DNA of 64,000 nt from positions 448,001 through 512,000 of the forward strand of contig CAWIIQ010000001.1 of NCBI GenBank assembly GCA_963836185.1. Reading direction: 5' to 3'. The notes below the pieces were generated by a model. The model was not told the origin of the DNA, did no database searches, and saw nothing but the letters and a program-made list of their open reading frames with translations. Positions 59,745 to 64,000 of the stretch are shown here, one piece after another. The stretch comes from Candidatus Krumholzibacteriia bacterium (lineage in GTDB: Bacteria > Krumholzibacteriota > Krumholzibacteriia > Krumholzibacteriales > Krumholzibacteriaceae). The position numbers and the translations under genes are program-made. The number at the start of each line of letters is the position of its first letter. Position 1 is the stretch's first letter.

Positions 59745-62700
59745 TCGCTGCACGGGAAAAGCAGGTTAAGACGGTCCTGATACTCGGTTCGGGCGCTATA
59801 CGTATCGGCCAGGCGGGCGAGTTCGACTACTCGGGCAGCCAGGCGATAAAGGCGCTGAAGGAGGAGGGCGTCAGGACGATCCTTATCAATCCGAACATCG
59901 CCACTATACAGACATCGGAGCAGCTAGCCGACGAGGTCTATTTTCTTCCCATCACGGCTGAGTTCGCCGAGAGAGTCATCGAGAAAGAAAGACCCGACGG
60001 AATCCTCCTCGGATTCGGGGGGCAGACGGCCCTCAACGTAGGTGTCGAGCTCGCCGGTAACGGGGCCCTCGAGCGCCACGGCGTGCGTGTGCTGGGGACG
60101 CCGGTCGAGGCGATACTCAACACCGAGGACAGGGAACTGTTCACCGGCAAGCTGAACGAGATAGGCCTGAAGACTCCTTACGGGAAGGCTGTATCGAGTG
60201 TCGATGAGGCGGTCGCGGCGGCCCGTGAGGTCGGCTATCCGGTGATGTGCCGGATCGCGTACGCGCTCGGCGGCCTCGGATCGGGGATCGCCCGCGACGA
60301 GAAAGACCTGATCCGCCTGGTGACCAAGGCCCTGTCGCACACCGACCAGGTCCTGGTAGAGGAATACCTCAAGGGGTGGAAAGAGATCGAGTACGAGGTC
60401 GTGCGCGATGAGGACGACAACTGCATCGTCGTCTGCACGATGGAGAACATCGATCCGATGGGGATCCACACCGGGGAGAGCATCGTCGTAGCCCCGATGC
60501 AGACTCTCAGCGCCCGGGAATATTTCAATCTGCGCAAGATAGCGATTGAAACGATAAGGCACCTCGGGATCGTCGGCGAGTGCAACATACAGTATGCCCT
60601 CGACCCTCACTCGGAGGATTATCGCATAATAGAGGTCAACGCGAGGTTGAGCCGCAGTTCCGCTCTAGCGTCGAAGGCTACCGGCTACCCGCTCGCCGCT
60701 ATCGCGGCGAAGCTAGCGCTGGGGCGCAGCCTGACAGAGCTTGAGAACGCCGTGACGAGAAGCACATCGGCATGCTTCGAACCGGCTCTTGACTATATAG
60801 TCCTGAAATATCCCCGCTGGGACCTGCAGAAGTTCAAGAACGTAAGCGAGTCGCTCGGCTCCGAGATGAAATCGGTCGGCGAGGTAATGGCGATGGGGAG
60901 GAGTTTCGAGGAGGTCCTGCAGAAGGCGATCCGGATGCTCGATGTGGGAGTGGCGGGACTGAATGGATTCAGGGATTATTTCGACGATATTGACGGCGAA
61001 CTCGAGAAACCGACCGACAAGAGGCTCTTCGCGATCGCCGAGGCGATGCGTCGGGGCCGCTCCGTCGACGAGATCGCCGGCCTGACCGGTGTTAACAGGT
61101 GGTTCCTTCACAAGATCCGGAACATCGTGGATGTGGAGCGCGAGTTTTCCGGCGTCGTCATCGATGATATGGATGAGGAACTGCTCCGCCGGGCGAAGAA
61201 AAAGGGCTTTTCCGATCTCCAGATAGCCGGACTGACCGGATGCTCCGGGGCCGAAGTGCGGGAGAAGAGAAAGAGTCTCTCGATTGAGCCGGTGATCAAA
61301 CAGATTGATACGCTCGCCGCCGAGTACCCGGCGCAGACGAATTACCTATACCTCACATATAACGGCACGGATGACGACATCGAGCTCACGTCGAAAAACA
61401 GCGTGGCAGTGATCGGCGGAGGGCCGTACAGGATCGGATCGTCTGTCGAGTTCGACTGGTGCTGCGTCAACTCGATCCTCACCCTGGCCGATCTCGGCTA
61501 CAGCACGGTCATGATCAACTGCAATCCCGAGACGGTCAGCACCGATTACGATATATGCGACAGGCTCTATTTCGAGGAGCTCACGCTTGAGCGGGTCCTC
61601 GACATCTGCGAGAAGGAATCGCCCGCCGGCGTGATCGTTTCGATGGGAGGGCAGATCCCCAACAACATGGCTGCGGCCCTGTCTGAAGCGGGAGTGGCTG
61701 TTCGCGGCACCTCGCCCGGGGACATCAACCGGGCAGAGAACAGGCATGTCTTCTCGCGCCTGCTCGACGAGCTCGGGATCGTACAGCCTCCGTGGAAGGA
61801 GCTCACCAGCCTCGAAGAGGTCGAGGAGTTCGCGGACAGGATCGGGTACCCGGTGCTGATCCGGCCGAGCTTCGTTCTCAGCGGCGCCGCTATGAGTGTC
61901 GCGCTCAACAGGGACGAGCTGGCCGACTATCTCGAGAAGGCTTCGGACCTGGGCAGGGACCATCCCGTCGTCATCACAAAATTCATGACGGGGGCGAAAG
62001 AGATCGATATAGACGCCGTCGGGATGGATGGCGAGCTTTACTGTTATGCGATATCGGAGCATGTCGAGAATGCCGGCGTTCACTCGGGGGACGCAACCCT
62101 CGTGCTGCCGCCGCAGAGGACCTACCTCGAGACGATGAGAAAGATCAAGACGATCGCCCGCAAGATCGCCCGGGCCCTGAATATCACAGGCCCGTTCAAC
62201 ATACAGTTCCTCGCCGTGAACAACGACGTCAGCGTGATCGAATGCAATCTGCGCGCTTCGAGGTCGTTCCCCTTCGTATCTAAGGTCTTCAGGATGAACT
62301 TTATCGACCTGGCGACGAGGATCATCATGGGCGAGAAGTTGCCCGGTATCGACAGGTCGTCGTTCGACCTCGACTACGTCGGAGTGAAGGCCCCGCAGTT
62401 TTCGTTCACAAGGCTGAAAGGCTCCGACCCCGTCACTGATGTCGAGATGACATCGACCGGTGAGGTCGCCTGCCTCGGCGACGATTTCAACGAAGCCTTC
62501 CTCAAGAGCCTCCTGTCGGTGGGATTCAGGATACCGGAGAGATCGGTGCTCGTGTCGGCAGGGCCTATCGACACCAAGGCGTACATGCTCGGAAGCGTCA
62601 AGGTCTTCGCCGATGCAGGCCTGAAGCTGTACGCGACCCGCGGTACGGCCGAGTTCCTCGATAAAAACGGGATCGAGGCGGAGATCCTGCGCTGGCCCCT

Positions 62701-62941
62701 GTCGAAGAAGAAGCCGGGAGCGATCGAGTATATCGCCGCGGGGGAAATCGATCTCGTCATCAACATCCCCAAGAACAATGAGCGCGACGAACTGGACAAC
62801 GATTATCTCATCAGGCGCGCCGCGGTCGATTTCGACGTGCCGCTTATCACAAACCGCCAGCTTGCGAAACGGTTCGCCGAAGCCCTGAGCAGCGGAGCCG
62901 CGTCCAGGCTGAAGGCGAAGAGCTGGAAAGAGTATGTCTGA
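59741..62941 (+). CDS. carB: Carbamoyl-phosphate synthase large subunit
   Basis: 'IGQAGEFDYSGSQA', 'GIHTGES', 'IEVNARLSRSSALASKATGYP', 'GVHSGDA', C-terminal MGS domain; ATGA overlap with carA. Confidence 0.97.
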   Translation: MIAAREKQVKTVLILGSGAIRIGQAGEFDYSGSQAIKALKEEGVRTILINPNIATIQTSEQLADEVYFLPITAEFAERVIEKERPDGILLGFGGQTALNVGVELAGNGALERHGVRVLGTPVEAILNTEDRELFTGKLNEIGLKTPYGKAVSSVDEAVAAAREVGYPVMCRIAYALGGLGSGIARDEKDLIRLVTKALSHTDQVLVEEYLKGWKEIEYEVVRDEDDNCIVVCTMENIDPMGIHTGESIVVAPMQTLSAREYFNLRKIAIETIRHLGIVGECNIQYALDPHSEDYRIIEVNARLSRSSALASKATGYPLAAIAAKLALGRSLTELENAVTRSTSACFEPALDYIVLKYPRWDLQKFKNVSESLGSEMKSVGEVMAMGRSFEEVLQKAIRMLDVGVAGLNGFRDYFDDIDGELEKPTDKRLFAIAEAMRRGRSVDEIAGLTGVNRWFLHKIRNIVDVEREFSGVVIDDMDEELLRRAKKKGFSDLQIAGLTGCSGAEVREKRKSLSIEPVIKQIDTLAAEYPAQTNYLYLTYNGTDDDIELTSKNSVAVIGGGPYRIGSSVEFDWCCVNSILTLADLGYSTVMINCNPETVSTDYDICDRLYFEELTLERVLDICEKESPAGVIVSMGGQIPNNMAAALSEAGVAVRGTSPGDINRAENRHVFSRLLDELGIVQPPWKELTSLEEVEEFADRIGYPVLIRPSFVLSGAAMSVALNRDELADYLEKASDLGRDHPVVITKFMTGAKEIDIDAVGMDGELYCYAISEHVENAGVHSGDATLVLPPQRTYLETMRKIKTIARKIARALNITGPFNIQFLAVNNDVSVIECNLRASRSFPFVSKVFRMNFIDLATRIIMGEKLPGIDRSSFDLDYVGVKAPQFSFTRLKGSDPVTDVEMTSTGEVACLGDDFNEAFLKSLLSVGFRIPERSVLVSAGPIDTKAYMLGSVKVFADAGLKLYATRGTAEFLDKNGIEAEILRWPLSKKKPGAIEYIAAGEIDLVINIPKNNERDELDNDYLIRRAAVDFDVPLITNRQLAKRFAEALSSGAASRLKAKSWKEYV

Positions 62942-62951
62942 GGGTCGTCTG

Positions 62952-63998
62952 TCAGGCTTGCTTGAAATCCTCCTTGCGCAGGCCGTAACGCTTCATCTTG
63001 TCGAACAGGCCTCTCGGGTGTATGCCAGCCATCTTCGCCGCCTCTCCCACTCGCCCATGACTCGCTTTCAGAACTCTCTCGAAGTATGTGCGTTCGAGGT
63101 TCTCCATGACGAGCCGCTTGAGTTCTGGCAGCGGCCTGTCAAGCCATTCGTCCTCGAAGTTCTGTATCAGGCTTTCGAGTGACGATTCCGAAGCCTGCCC
63201 GGCCGCGATGACCTGAGGCAGGTCGGCAGGGACGATCTCGTTCCCGTGACATAGAATCACGGCCCTCTCGAGTACATTGATCAGTTCCCTCACATTTCCA
63301 GGCCATCCGTAACTACTCAGCGCATTAAGGACCTCTTTGGAGATGCCCGTGATGTCTTTTTTCATCCTTACGCTGAGAATGTCGATGTAGTGGGCCGCCA
63401 GGGCAGGGATATCCTCTTTTCTGTTCCTCAATGGCGGCACGGTAAGCGTGATTACGCTGAGCCTGTAGTAGAGATCCTTGCGGAACAGCCCCGTCCTGAT
63501 CTCATTTTCGATGTCACGGTTGGTTGCCGCTATGACTCTGGTGTCTACCCACATCGATTTTTCACTGCCCACCGGGCGTACCTCAAAATCCTGGAGAACG
63601 CGCAGCATCTTTGCCTGGAGGTGGATAGGAAGTTCCCCGATCTCATCGAGGAAGATCGTTCCCCCGTGAGCCATTTCGAACGCTCCGCGTCTCGAGCGCA
63701 CCGCCCCGGTGAAGGCTCCTTCCTCGTGTCCGAACAGTTCGCTTTCAAGCAGCTGCTCCGGGAGGGAGGTGCAGTTTACCGCGACAAACGGTCCGGCCGA
63801 ACGGGGCCCGTGTGAGTGGATGAACCTGGCGAGATGCTCCTTTCCTACGCCAGTTTCTCCCAGGGCCAGTATCGGGGCGCTGCTCGGGACGATCTTCAAG
63901 ACCAGGTCCATGAAGATCTGCATCTGGGGTGAGTTGGAAACGAATTCCGCGATCCTGGGATAAGTCGTCTGGTACTTGCCGGAAAGGGGTTTTTCTGT
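62952..63998 (-). CDS. Sigma54-dependent (NtrC-like) transcriptional activator, 5' part outside the window
   Basis: 'GETGVGKE', 'ESELFGHEEGAFTGA', 'FLDEIGE', 'WPGNVREL', C-terminal Fis-type HTH. The frame is open to the window edge. Confidence 0.93.
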   Translation of the reverse strand, partial: TEKPLSGKYQTTYPRIAEFVSNSPQMQIFMDLVLKIVPSSAPILALGETGVGKEHLARFIHSHGPRSAGPFVAVNCTSLPEQLLESELFGHEEGAFTGAVRSRRGAFEMAHGGTIFLDEIGELPIHLQAKMLRVLQDFEVRPVGSEKSMWVDTRVIAATNRDIENEIRTGLFRKDLYYRLSVITLTVPPLRNRKEDIPALAAHYIDILSVRMKKDITGISKEVLNALSSYGWPGNVRELINVLERAVILCHGNEIVPADLPQVIAAGQASESSLESLIQNFEDEWLDRPLPELKRLVMENLERTYFERVLKASHGRVGEAAKMAGIHPRGLFDKMKRYGLRKEDFKQA

Positions 63999-64000
63999 AA

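Overview
GC-rich bacterial window, probably from an FCB-group candidate lineage such as Krumholzibacteriota or Latescibacterota. That placement is inferred from the many secreted proteins ending in a 'QNxPNPFNP...GIYFYRM...KKMVLLR' FlgD-Ig/T9SS-type C-terminal domain (CTD). 1-2.7 kb: an S41 peptidase-TPR gene and an RRM RNA-binding protein. 3-34.2 kb: a tandem array of four very large CTD-bearing secreted proteins, namely an M6 metalloprotease/beta-helix protein, two paralogous giants (about 3,970 aa reconstructed and 3,411 aa) and a triple beta-helix protein. The giants combine FN3, FG-GAP and LamG domains (plus LVIVD in the first) with a central module carrying two long amphipathic beta-hairpins reminiscent of beta-pore-forming toxins. 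The array shows repeated CTD-tail/terminator/promoter modules and an orphan 23-bp direct repeat of the CTD 3' end that brackets a 14.8-kb block. 34.2-43.2 kb: an RlmL-like methyltransferase, then a DUF134-led operon (dsrE-like, tusA, variant mvhD, hdrA, hdrA, HTH, qmoC-like) with no hdrB or aprAB in the window. 43-56 kb: a truncated AAA-DUF4143 gene, more secreted proteins, a C69 dipeptidase and a Ser/Thr kinase-TPR. 56-64 kb: nrfHA, a MarR regulator, carAB and a partial sigma54 activator. More than ten single-base frameshifts are scattered through otherwise intact genes, most likely long-read consensus errors. No tRNA, rRNA, CRISPR array, integrase or transposase was seen.
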